The notes under the pieces were generated by a model. That model worked only from the letters and a program-made list of their open reading frames with translations, was not told the origin of the DNA and did not search any database. From an uncultured Gemmatimonadales bacterium (GTDB lineage: Bacteria > Gemmatimonadota > Gemmatimonadetes > Longimicrobiales > Gaopeijiaceae), in the NCBI GenBank assembly GCA_963823035.1, contig CAWGKG010000018.1:96001-160000 (forward strand): DNA of 64,000 nucleotides. Direction: 5' to 3'. The position numbers were made by a program, and so were the translations under genes. Position 1 is the stretch's first letter; every line of letters starts with the position of its first letter. This document shows positions 56,493 to 64,000 of the stretch, piece by piece.

Positions 56493-57290
56493 TCATTCCG
56501 GGCTCAGCTTGCGCCACTTGCGGCCGTCGACCTCGCCGACCTCGGACCACATGTAGTTCTGCACCGCGGCCTTGATGTGCAGCGTGGAGACGACCTCCGC
56601 CGGGACTTCACGCAGGTAGGCCGCGGTCACCTCGACCTGCACACGGCGGTCACCGCCGAGCTCGAGCGCACGCTCGACGTCCTGTGCCAACTGATCGAGC
56701 TGTTCGCGGAGCACGGCCCCACCCTCGATGGCCTGGAACAGCGGGTCGGCCTGCGCCCGCTCGACGCCCGCCTTGGACAGAAGCGCGTCCAGGAAGGCCG
56801 AGAGCAGCTCGTGCAAGCTGACATCCAGAGCGCTTCGATCGAGCTTGCCCTCCTGCACCAGGTGGCCCTGGTTGCGCTCCAGGTGCTCCAACACGTCCTG
56901 CTGCAGGTCGATGCGCGGCGACGTGCGCTGGAGCAGTCCGGCCAGGTCGGCCCAGGCCTCGTCGTCCGGGCGCTGCCGGCTCTCCGTGCGCGCGGCCTCG
57001 CTCGCGGCGTCGAAGAAGCGCTGCGCGATCCGGTACGACGCCTTCGTGAACACCGTGGCCGTCGACGTCTCGTCGCCCGCCCCGCCGGCCTCGTCGCTAT
57101 CCACCCCGCTGACGGCGAACTTCAGGTCCAGGTCGACCTCGGAGATCTCCGTGCGCGGGACCGGGAAGCGCCGCAGCAGGCTGTCCTGCTCGTAGTAGCG
57201 CGAGATCTCGCGCGAGTAGATGTCCGAGCTGAAGCGCGCCTGCGCGATGTCACGCAGGATCGCACCAACGATCTGCTGTAGGTCGGCCAT
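56493..57290 (-). CDS. Hypothetical protein, distant DUF2589-like
   Basis: LQQIVGAILRDIAQAR...FPVPRTEISEVDLDLKF parallels the helix + VPxxxIxxxxLxF pattern of its neighbours. Confidence 0.65.
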   Translation of the reverse strand: MADLQQIVGAILRDIAQARFSSDIYSREISRYYEQDSLLRRFPVPRTEISEVDLDLKFAVSGVDSDEAGGAGDETSTATVFTKASYRIAQRFFDAASEAARTESRQRPDDEAWADLAGLLQRTSPRIDLQQDVLEHLERNQGHLVQEGKLDRSALDVSLHELLSAFLDALLSKAGVERAQADPLFQAIEGGAVLREQLDQLAQDVERALELGGDRRVQVEVTAAYLREVPAEVVSTLHIKAAVQNYMWSEVGEVDGRKWRKLSPE

Positions 57291-57341
57291 CGCGGAGAGA
57301 CTCGCTGGCGTGTGGGGCTGGCTGGACGGTTCGGCTCCGGA

Positions 57342-57947
57342 TCAACCGCCGCCGGACTTGCCGCCGCCGGACTTGCCGCCGCCGGCGGGGAGGGCCTCGG
57401 TGCGCTGGATGCTCTCGTTGAGAATCTGCAACACCGTGGCCATGCCCTTGGGCATGTCGTCCTGGACCGCATGAACGCGCACGTCGATGGTGTACTCGAC
57501 CGAGTACTTGGAGCTGGCGGTCGCGGTCGAGTCCTTCTTGCTGGAGATCGAGCCCGAGAGCTCGGCCTTGACGAACAGATAACGCGCGCTGGCCTTGAGC
57601 GAGCCCGACTTGGCGGTCGAGGACGTGGTCGACTGGGCGGTCTCGTTCGTGGCGGAGATGTTGGCCTTGAACTCGACGGTCATGTCGTCGATGCGGATGA
57701 ACGGGATCGGCACGATCGTGAGGATCGGCACCTCCAGCTCGACATCCTTGCCGGTCGAATCGCGATACCTGAAGGTGACCGTGCGCACCTTCTTGCCGTC
57801 GTCGGTGAGCGCGATGGCCTCGATGAAGTCCGCGGAGCTCATGGCCGCCTTGGCCTGCGCGTCGATCGCGGCCGTCAACGGTCCGCCGATCAGGGCTCCG
57901 AAGGGCAGGGTCCCGAGAAGGTTGGTCGCGTCCACCTGATTGGGCAT
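57342..57947 (-). CDS. DUF2589 domain-containing protein
   Basis: LPFGALIGGPLTAAIDAQ, VPILTIVPIPFIRI, a Ser/Thr-rich segment and QDDMPKGMATVL. GGAGG RBS. Confidence 0.88.
   Translation of the reverse strand: MPNQVDATNLLGTLPFGALIGGPLTAAIDAQAKAAMSSADFIEAIALTDDGKKVRTVTFRYRDSTGKDVELEVPILTIVPIPFIRIDDMTVEFKANISATNETAQSTTSSTAKSGSLKASARYLFVKAELSGSISSKKDSTATASSKYSVEYTIDVRVHAVQDDMPKGMATVLQILNESIQRTEALPAGGGKSGGGKSGGG
57346..57385. repeat. 15-bp tandem repeat (about 2.7 copies) encoding GGGKS-GGGKS-GGG tail
   Basis: ccgccgccggacttg twice, plus ccgccgccgg. Confidence 0.85.
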
Positions 57948-58026
57948 GGAGTTCCCTCCAGGGATCGAGAGGCGCCGACGAGAGGCGGGGCCTGCGCAGG
58001 TCCGGTGACCGGCCGCAGAGTGGGAG

Positions 58027-58055
58027 AACGTGCCGCGCGCGTAGGGGAGTGTCAA
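58027..58055 (-). promoter_or_regulatory. Putative promoter of the DUF2589 operon
   Basis: Minus strand TTGACA-N17-CACGTT, about 80 nt before the ATG; the -10 is weak. Confidence 0.4.
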
Positions 58056-58189
58056 GACTGCTGTGGCCCAGCGCGACGGTCCGCTCGCGGCGTGACGGCC
58101 GGCGCCGGGGCGTCGCTCGCCAGCCCGCCGGAGCGTGCGGCGCGGGTCGACGCCGGACCCGTGCGCATCGTCGCGCGTACTATCCGCAA

Positions 58190-58407
58190 CGTCGCTCGGC
58201 GCCTTTGGCCAGAGGCCCGACCAGATAACGTAGGTGCGACGGCCAGGCAGCAGATCGAAGCTCTCGCCATACGCGGCCATCACTGCATGCCGGCCGGCGG
58301 AGTCCGATAGGGGGCCGTCAGTCGGCGTGGGGGAAATCGTCGTCATCGCCGGAGGCCTGGATCACGCCGTCCAGCGAGATGTGTTCGATGATTGTGAGCT
58401 TTCTCAT
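58190..58407 (-). pseudogene. Truncated, frameshifted dihydrofolate reductase (RibD-C)-family gene
   Basis: MRKLTIIEHISLDGVIQ...FDLLPGRRTY.IWSGLWPKAPS, after which homology stops at about 70 codons. Confidence 0.8.
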
Positions 58408-59230
58408 TCGCTCTTGCCCGGCTCTGTCGGCATCGGGAAGCGTTCCTGCATCCACGCTTGCCACACCGGTGTCTCACGGGCGACGGTTGCGTCGGCCTGA
58501 TCGCCGTACAGATACAAGTTCATCGCCACCATGCCCTGGCCACCGGGATAGGTGACGGCGCCAAGGGCGGCGATGCCTGGCCCCGGCTGGTCGAGCCTCA
58601 GCAGGGCGTCGTACGGATTCTCGGTGAGATACTCCACCACGCCGCCGAGCGGTGAGACACCCGCGGGCGTCGTCCAGCGCTGCCCGACGCTCGAGCCTTT
58701 CACTCCCAACGCCGCGGTCAGCGCTTCCCAGGCCTCCGCGTCCGTACCCGCGACGGGAGCGGTGACCTGCATGATCGCGGAGCGTTGTCCGCGGAAGTGC
58801 GTGAGATAGATCCGCAGAATGGCCAGGAAACCCGACCATCCGGACTTGGCGCCTTCCAGCTGGTCGTCCCACTCGTCCGTGCTGGCGAAAAGGCTATGAA
58901 CAATGCGGACGAGGCACGAACCACCCGCGCGCGCTTCAACGCTCCACTCGGTTGCGATGGGCGGCGAGCCGACCCCAACCCTCATTCTGCGCGGCAAACA
59001 TCCGCGGCGGATCCCACGCTGTCACGGCAGCACTGGGCTCCATGCCCGGGCCGAACTTCAACTTCATGGCCACGGGCTTCCCGTCGCGTTCCTCGAACTC
59101 AGCCGGCACGAACCAGGACGAAATACCCGGCCCGGTGGCGATGGCCTGCCAGACTTCCTCCGGCGTGCCGGGGACCTCGAATTCGACCTGGACGGAACGG
59201 CGACCGGTAGGCTTCTTGCTTCACGCTCAT
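58404..59230 (-). pseudogene. SRPBCC (activator of Hsp90 ATPase-like) domain gene with at least two frameshifts
   Basis: VPGTPEEVWQAIATGPGISSWFVP and ATEWSVEARAGG...VRIVHS...SGWSGFL lie in different frames. Real decay and sequencing error cannot be separated. Confidence 0.75.
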
Positions 59231-59827
59231 GATGGCTCCTTGGGCTCGGGATTGCTGCGGTAGAGGGTGTGCCACGACCACCAGCCGATGCGCGCGGCCG
59301 CCGGGGGTGGATGCATCGTGGTATTTCGAAACGAGTGTCGCGATGGCTTCGGTGAGCTCGCTGCTGAAAGCCGCCCGGTCCGTCGGCGACCGGAAGCGAA
59401 CCTCGGTATCCACCGCCAGGGTCGCCAGGCGTTTGCCCGCCTCATTCGCACGACGAACGAGATTGCCCACCTCGCGGACGACCCGGGCGCCCAGGGCGAT
59501 GAGATAACTCGCGGACAGCCGATCGACTTCCCGATTCGGATCGACGGCGACCGGGCCCAGGGCGCTCGGCGAAACGACGTAGGACGCGGCCGTCGCGACG
59601 AGCAGCCGTTCCGTCAGCCCGCCCCACTTGCGTTCCTCGACCAGCCGCACCAGCCCGTGCGCTCCAGCGCGTGCAGGTGGTAGTTGACCTTCTGCCGAGC
59701 CAAGCCGACCCGCGTGGCAGCGTCGCCGCCGAAGCGGGCGCGGCAGTTCGGAGAGGAGTCGGCTTCGGATCGGCTCCAAGGCCACCGTCGCCGCCGCCGG
59801 ATCATCGATGACTTGGATGTCGAGCAT
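59227..59827 (-). pseudogene. ArsR-like winged-helix regulator with frameshifts
   Basis: MLDIQVIDDPAAATVALEPIRSRLL / RVGLARQKVNYHLHAL / HGLVRLVEERKWGGLTER, spread across frames. Confidence 0.8.
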
Positions 59828-59834
59828 GAAGGAG

Positions 59835-59863
59835 ATGGTACCATTGACAACTTTTTTTGTCAA
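59835..59863 (-). promoter_or_regulatory. Leaderless sigma-70 promoter overlapped by a palindromic operator
   Basis: TTGACA-N17-TACCAT, 7 nt before the ATG. TTGACAA-N6-TTGTCAA palindrome at 59,844-59,863. Confidence 0.75.
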
Positions 59864-60081
59864 GCATGATCCAGAGCTTCTTCTGCCGAATTCGCGGAGT
59901 CGATGGCTCACTGGCCGTCTCGTCGTCAGCCCGACATGCCGCGTCGACGCGAGCTCGCGGGAAGTCGGTCTCGCTGGAGCGGAGGGAGGTCACGGGGCCG
60001 ATGGGAACCGATGACGAGGCTCCGGCCGCCAACCTGCGAGGAGACGCTTCCCTAGATGCTAGTGTGACCCGCGGCGCCACC

Positions 60082-60800
60082 TTAGCTTCTCGCGCCCACA
60101 TTCGCCCGTCTTCGGAGCATCTCCTCGGCGTTCGCCAGCGACTTGACGGGATCAGCTCGGATCGCCGGATCGGCATTGAAGATGGAACTACGTGGCTTGT
60201 CCGCTGCGTCATTTAGGCGCTTCAGGAGCTCGCAGTCGCGCAAGACCTTCCACTCACCTTGGCCAGTCCGTTCGACGCCCACGATCACCCGTCGCACCGA
60301 GCCGTCCGACCCAGTGATCCTGTCCTGCACGGCGTATACCGTCACCGGGAACCGCAAACGAGTGCGGAGCCGACGGCCGCCTGGATAGGGCGGTTCTCGA
60401 TCCGGAGGCCGAGACCGGCGACATCCTCACCCGCCTGTGGTTTGCCGTTCCGGACGATAGCAAGGCGTATCGATCCGCCAACGAGAAGTGATCGAGCCAT
60501 TCGTGCGGGGTCTTGAAGCTGAGATGGACACCATCCGGCTGACGCGACGCTTCCCGAGCACGGCAAACAGCGCCTTGAAGAAAGGAAGCAGGTCGGGCAG
60601 ATCGACCCTGGGAATCCGATCGGATACCTCCCCGAAATCGAAGCGCGCGACGTTCCCAGTCAGTGCGCGCACGCTGTCAACAGCGTCCTTTCCGCCGAAT
60701 GTGGCAGTCTTCGCATTGAACCACTGCTCCAAGCGCTGCCCGCGAAACCCTGGGTCGGCGTCGGCGAATACCTCGGTGAACATGCGCGGAGATGCCATGC
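60082..60800 (-). pseudogene. 3' remnant of a foreign gene, possibly a SNF2/DEAD-box helicase C-terminus
   Basis: MASPRMFTEVFADA...FGGKDAVDSVRALTGNVARFDF...PRVDLPDL...LSFKTP across several frames; lower GC; no helicase motifs within the fragment. Confidence 0.4.
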
Positions 60801-61036
60801 GCGACTCGAGCGCGAGCCGATCCGCGGCGGGCCGACCATGCTCGACCTCACGCAACACATGCGCGACGTCCTCTGTGCCCGCGGCTATCCCTGTCTGGTA
60901 CAGGGAGACCGGAGGAGACCACGCCTACATCACCTGGAGACACTCGTTCGGAGAGGCGCTGGCGACCATCGTGCTCCCCGGCCAGGGTCCCTCGCACGGC
61001 GTTCGCGAGGCGTGCAGGGAGGACGGCGGAGCGTGA
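60801..61036 (+). pseudogene. 3' remnant of an enterochelin-esterase (Fes)-like alpha/beta hydrolase
   Basis: HMRDVLCARGYP / VWYRETGGDHAYITWRHSFGEAL, with one frameshift, matches the esterase C-terminal His region. Confidence 0.55.
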
Positions 61037-61058
61037 CGGTCGAAGGAGGTGGATCGCG

Positions 61059-61884
61059 TCAGGACCCGGCGGACAGGGCGTCGAAGCGGATCCGGTAGCC
61101 TCCCGGCACGTCCTCGCTCGCGGCGAGGAGGTAGAAGTCGTGGAAGCCCGCTCCAGTCGCGGTCAACGACGCCTCCGCGCCGGGCGGGAGCCAGGGGGAC
61201 GCGCCGGCGTGGACCCCGTCCGCCACGTGCAGGAGCCGGAAGGAGACGTCTGCCGTGGCGGTCACCACCATGTCGCGCCCCGCGCCAAGATCGCGGCGTA
61301 GCCTCGGCGGGCCTGGCACGGTCGGCTTCGACCTCCGGCGCCCGCCGGCAGTCGCTCGAGTCGAGGTGCCCCTCCGCGATCGACCCGTACGTGATGGACG
61401 TCTCGCGCCCGCATCCCTCCTGGGGAGCGGCGAGCGGCTTCGTCGAGAGCGTGTACGAGCCCTGCGGTGCCGCCTCCGCCGTCGCCGCCTGGGCGAAGGA
61501 CGACGCGCGGACGACGTAGCTCCCCGGGGGAAAGAGGTGTTCGCGTGTGAGAGCGTGCGCGGAGTCGCTCGCCCACCCCGAGAGCTGGTCCTCGCCGAGG
61601 TAGGTGGGCACGAACGGGAGAAACCCGACGGTCGAAAGCGTCACGTCGAAGAGCGACGGAGCCGTGAGCGTGAGCAGGTACCGGTCACCCAGCCTCGCAT
61701 CCCGCTCGAAGCAGTCCGTCGCCGCGTCGAGCACCCCCGCGACGCGCTCCCCCAACGCGAGCGGAACCGGGGCCTGGGCGCACGGATCGATCGGCGCGGT
61801 GGGACCGGTCGAGGTGCCGCACCCCATGAAGAACAGCGCGCCGTACAGGAGGGCGTTGCGTCCCTTCGAGAGCGGAGGCCTCAT
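61059..61884 (-). CDS. Lipoprotein with tandem PPC-like beta-sandwich domains (frameshift near 61,300)
   Basis: FFMGC lipobox; repeated GxLxxxDC...PGSYVVRASS...GSYTLS and PGGYRI. Confidence 0.55.
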
Positions 61885-61939
61885 GGACCTCGGAACATCG
61901 AGGCCACGGCCTCCATCTCACGGGCGGGGATGAGCGGGC

Positions 61940-62227
61940 TCAGGTCTCGCAAAGCGCCGCCCACGCCCGCACCCTCCGCACCCGCGGCTGCAGCTCCGGA
62001 TCCGCGTGCTCCCAGAGCTCGGCGGCACGTGCGTAGTATGCGGCCGCCTCGGCGCCGTCTCCCCGGGCCTGATGCAGCCGCCCCAGGCGCTCGCGGGTAT
62101 CGAAGCGGAACCCGGCGTCGAGGGGCACAGGGTAGCTGATGGGCGGCTCCGCGAAGTAGGCTTCGTACGCGGCCACTGCGAGGGCCGGCTCCCGCAGGGC
62201 CTCGTACGCGCGGTCGCGTCTCAACAA
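61940..62227 (-). pseudogene. C-terminal TPR remnant of a Ser/Thr-kinase-TPR-type protein
   Basis: RLGRLHQARGD...AAAYYARAAELWEHADPELQPRV; begins immediately after the tRNA 3' end with no RBS. Confidence 0.6.
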
Positions 62228-62228
62228 G

Positions 62229-62312
62229 CGGAGGGGGTGGGATTCGAACCCACGAGGGCTTGCGCCCGCCGGTTTTCAAGACCGGTGCATTGAACCGCTC
62301 TGCCACCCCTCC
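62229..62312 (-). tRNA. tRNA-Ser(TGA); CCA not encoded
   Basis: GGAGGGGTGGCAGAGCGGTTCAATGCACCGGTCTTGAAAACCGGCGGGCGCAAGCCCTCGTGGGTTCGAATCCCACCCCCTCCG, with a long variable arm and G discriminator. Confidence 0.95.
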
Positions 62313-62427
62313 GAGACCGTCCGTCGGTTCGGTGTCGGCGGACGGAAGACCTGCACGGGGTGAACAATAGGACCACCGCGGGGGTGGTCCAAGAGAGCGC
62401 GCCGTTCGCGAAGCGCGGCCGCCGTGC

Positions 62428-62619
62428 CTACAGCGAGCAGCTCATGTCCTGCCCGCAGCACTGGGGCGACTTGATCATGCCGTGCCCGTCCGGGCACTTG
62501 GACACGGCGACGCTCACGCCGGCATCCGTGGTGATGGTGTCGTGCACCAGCTCCTTGCCGCACTTGGCACAGTTCATGTCCACACTCATGCCGCACTTGT
62601 CACACGTGTACGTCGCCAT
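62428..62619 (-). CDS. 63-aa Cys-rich metal-binding protein
   Basis: MATYTCDKCG...CAKCG...CPDGH...QCCGQDMSC: 8 Cys and 2 His. Confidence 0.75.
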   Translation of the reverse strand: MATYTCDKCGMSVDMNCAKCGKELVHDTITTDAGVSVAVSKCPDGHGMIKSPQCCGQDMSCSL

Positions 62620-62719
62620 GGAGGCTCCCGGTCGCAGGGTTCCTAGGATCTTCTGCGCAGGACAATAACCTCCCCCCAACCTGCGGGCACTCAGCGGGCA
62701 CGAAGGGGTTGAAACCGGC

Positions 62720-63340
62720 ATGAGACGAGCCGGACCCGAACCACCGCCACGGACCGATTCCGGCGCCCCGGCCCCGCCGGCCTGGAAGCGCGCCCTCGTC
62801 TGGGTCGAGCGCATCGTCACGGCGGGCATCCTCGTCTTCGTGGCGGTTCGGCTCGCGCCTCAGATCGGCGCGCTCGTGGGCTTCTCCCCGGGCGGGACCG
62901 CCCACCCCTCGTACACGCTCGTCACGCTCGACGGCGATACGATCCGCTCCTCCGACCTGCGCGGTTCCGTGGTCGTCGCGAACTTCTGGGCGACGTGGTG
63001 CGTGCCCTGCCGCCTGGAGATGCCGTCGCTCCAGAACCTGCACGAGCGTCACGCCGGGGAGGACCTCCGCGTGCTGGGCTTCGCCGTGGACGTGGGCGGT
63101 GGAGCCGGCGTGCGGGCGTTCGTGGACGAGCGGGGGATCACCTATCCGATAGGGCGCGCCTCCGGCGCGGAGCAGCGCGCGTTCGGCGGTATCGCGGGCA
63201 TTCCCACGACGTTCGTGATCGATCGGGACGGCACGGTCCGCCACCGCGTGGTGGGCTACTTCGCGCCACCGGCGCTCGAGGCCGCCGTGTCCCGCCTTCT
63301 GGGGAAGCCCGCCGCTCCTGACGCCGTTCCGGAAGGCTAG
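62720..63340 (+). CDS. TlpA/ResA-like thiol-disulfide reductase
   Basis: NFWATWCVPC, IPTTFVID and an N-terminal TM helix. Confidence 0.92.
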   Translation: MRRAGPEPPPRTDSGAPAPPAWKRALVWVERIVTAGILVFVAVRLAPQIGALVGFSPGGTAHPSYTLVTLDGDTIRSSDLRGSVVVANFWATWCVPCRLEMPSLQNLHERHAGEDLRVLGFAVDVGGGAGVRAFVDERGITYPIGRASGAEQRAFGGIAGIPTTFVIDRDGTVRHRVVGYFAPPALEAAVSRLLGKPAAPDAVPEG

Positions 63341-63359
63341 CAGGTCGCTTCCTGTCCGA

Positions 63360-64000
63360 TCAGTGGCGGAAGAGACGCCGCCCCGTGAACACCATCGAGA
63401 TCCCGTGCCCGTCCGCGGCGTCGATCACCTCCTGGTCGCGAATCGATCCGCCGGGCTGCACGATGGCGAGCACCCCCGCCTCCGCCGCGGCGTCCACACC
63501 GTCGCGGAAGGGGAAGAAGGCGTCGGACGCGAGCACCGACCCGCCGAGCGGGATCTCCGCGTCGCCCGCCTTGCGCACCGCGATCCGCGACGAGTCCACC
63601 CGGCTCATCTGCCCGGCCCCGATGCCCAGGGTGGCGCCGCCGCCGGCCAGGAGGATCGCGTTCGACTTCACGCCGAACACGGCCGCCCACGCGAAGCGCA
63701 GGTCGTCCCACTCGCTCTCCGTCGGCGCGCGCTTCGTCACGACCTTCCAGGTCGCGTCCTCCACCCCGTAGAAGGGCGGCGTCGGCGGCGTCTGGGCGAG
63801 CATGCCTCCGTAGACGCTGCGCAGGACCCGTGGAGCCGGCACACGCCCGTGGGCGGCGATGAAGCGACCCATGGCGCGTTCCCCCTCGCCCAGCTCGGTC
63901 CACGGACCGGTCGTCGGCTCGAAGGGAAGCGGCTCCGAACGGCCGGGATAGACCATCAACCGGAGGTTCTTCTTGGCGGTGAGCGCGCCGAGGGCCGCCT
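63360..64000 (-). CDS. purH: Bifunctional AICAR transformylase/IMP cyclohydrolase (3' part)
   Basis: [34 protein letters not shown] and FTGRRLFRH motifs. Confidence 0.96.
   Translation of the reverse strand, partial: AALGALTAKKNLRLMVYPGRSEPLPFEPTTGPWTELGEGERAMGRFIAAHGRVPAPRVLRSVYGGMLAQTPPTPPFYGVEDATWKVVTKRAPTESEWDDLRFAWAAVFGVKSNAILLAGGGATLGIGAGQMSRVDSSRIAVRKAGDAEIPLGGSVLASDAFFPFRDGVDAAAEAGVLAIVQPGGSIRDQEVIDAADGHGISMVFTGRRLFRH

Noticed and set aside
57948..58346. N-terminal extension of the DUF2589 ORF (57342..58346) as a DHFR-DUF2589 fusion
   Set aside because: The frame is open by chance through the DHFR remnant. A strong GGAGG RBS marks the start at 57,947.

Overview
High-GC bacterial chromosomal window. 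Gene content and protein style suggest Gemmatimonadota (Longimicrobiales-like); this is an inference. Positions ~1-50,300 and ~62,300-64,000 are mostly housekeeping or envelope genes: HEAT-cyclophilin, two M1 peptidases, an ArfB-like factor and a baeRF-like factor, tRNA-Ile2, upp, pcm, site-2 protease-scpA-scpB-rluB, a SCO-PCuAC fusion, rpsT, pyrRBC, NhaC, GGDEF, tadA, a degenerate LexA, gltX, glnS-Yqey, a two-permease RND system, ispG, a GT4 and purH. Several genes, including normally essential ones (tadA, glnS), carry reading-frame breaks, most likely uncorrected long-read errors. Positions ~50,335-62,229 form an accessory region ending at the 3' end of tRNA-Ser(TGA). Its tRNA-proximal part is mostly broken or truncated genes. 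Its distal part is an intact, tightly packed 7-gene minus-strand operon: DUF2589, DUF2589-like, DUF2589, Zn-ribbon, an apparently inactive papain-like protein, a 1008-aa CHAT/caspase-like protease with a Q4-P-Q39-E-Q3 tract, and an MBL-fold hydrolase. This operon is the best candidate for an undescribed protease-gated conflict, defence or pore-forming system. Family assignments come from motif recognition by eye; no database search was run.
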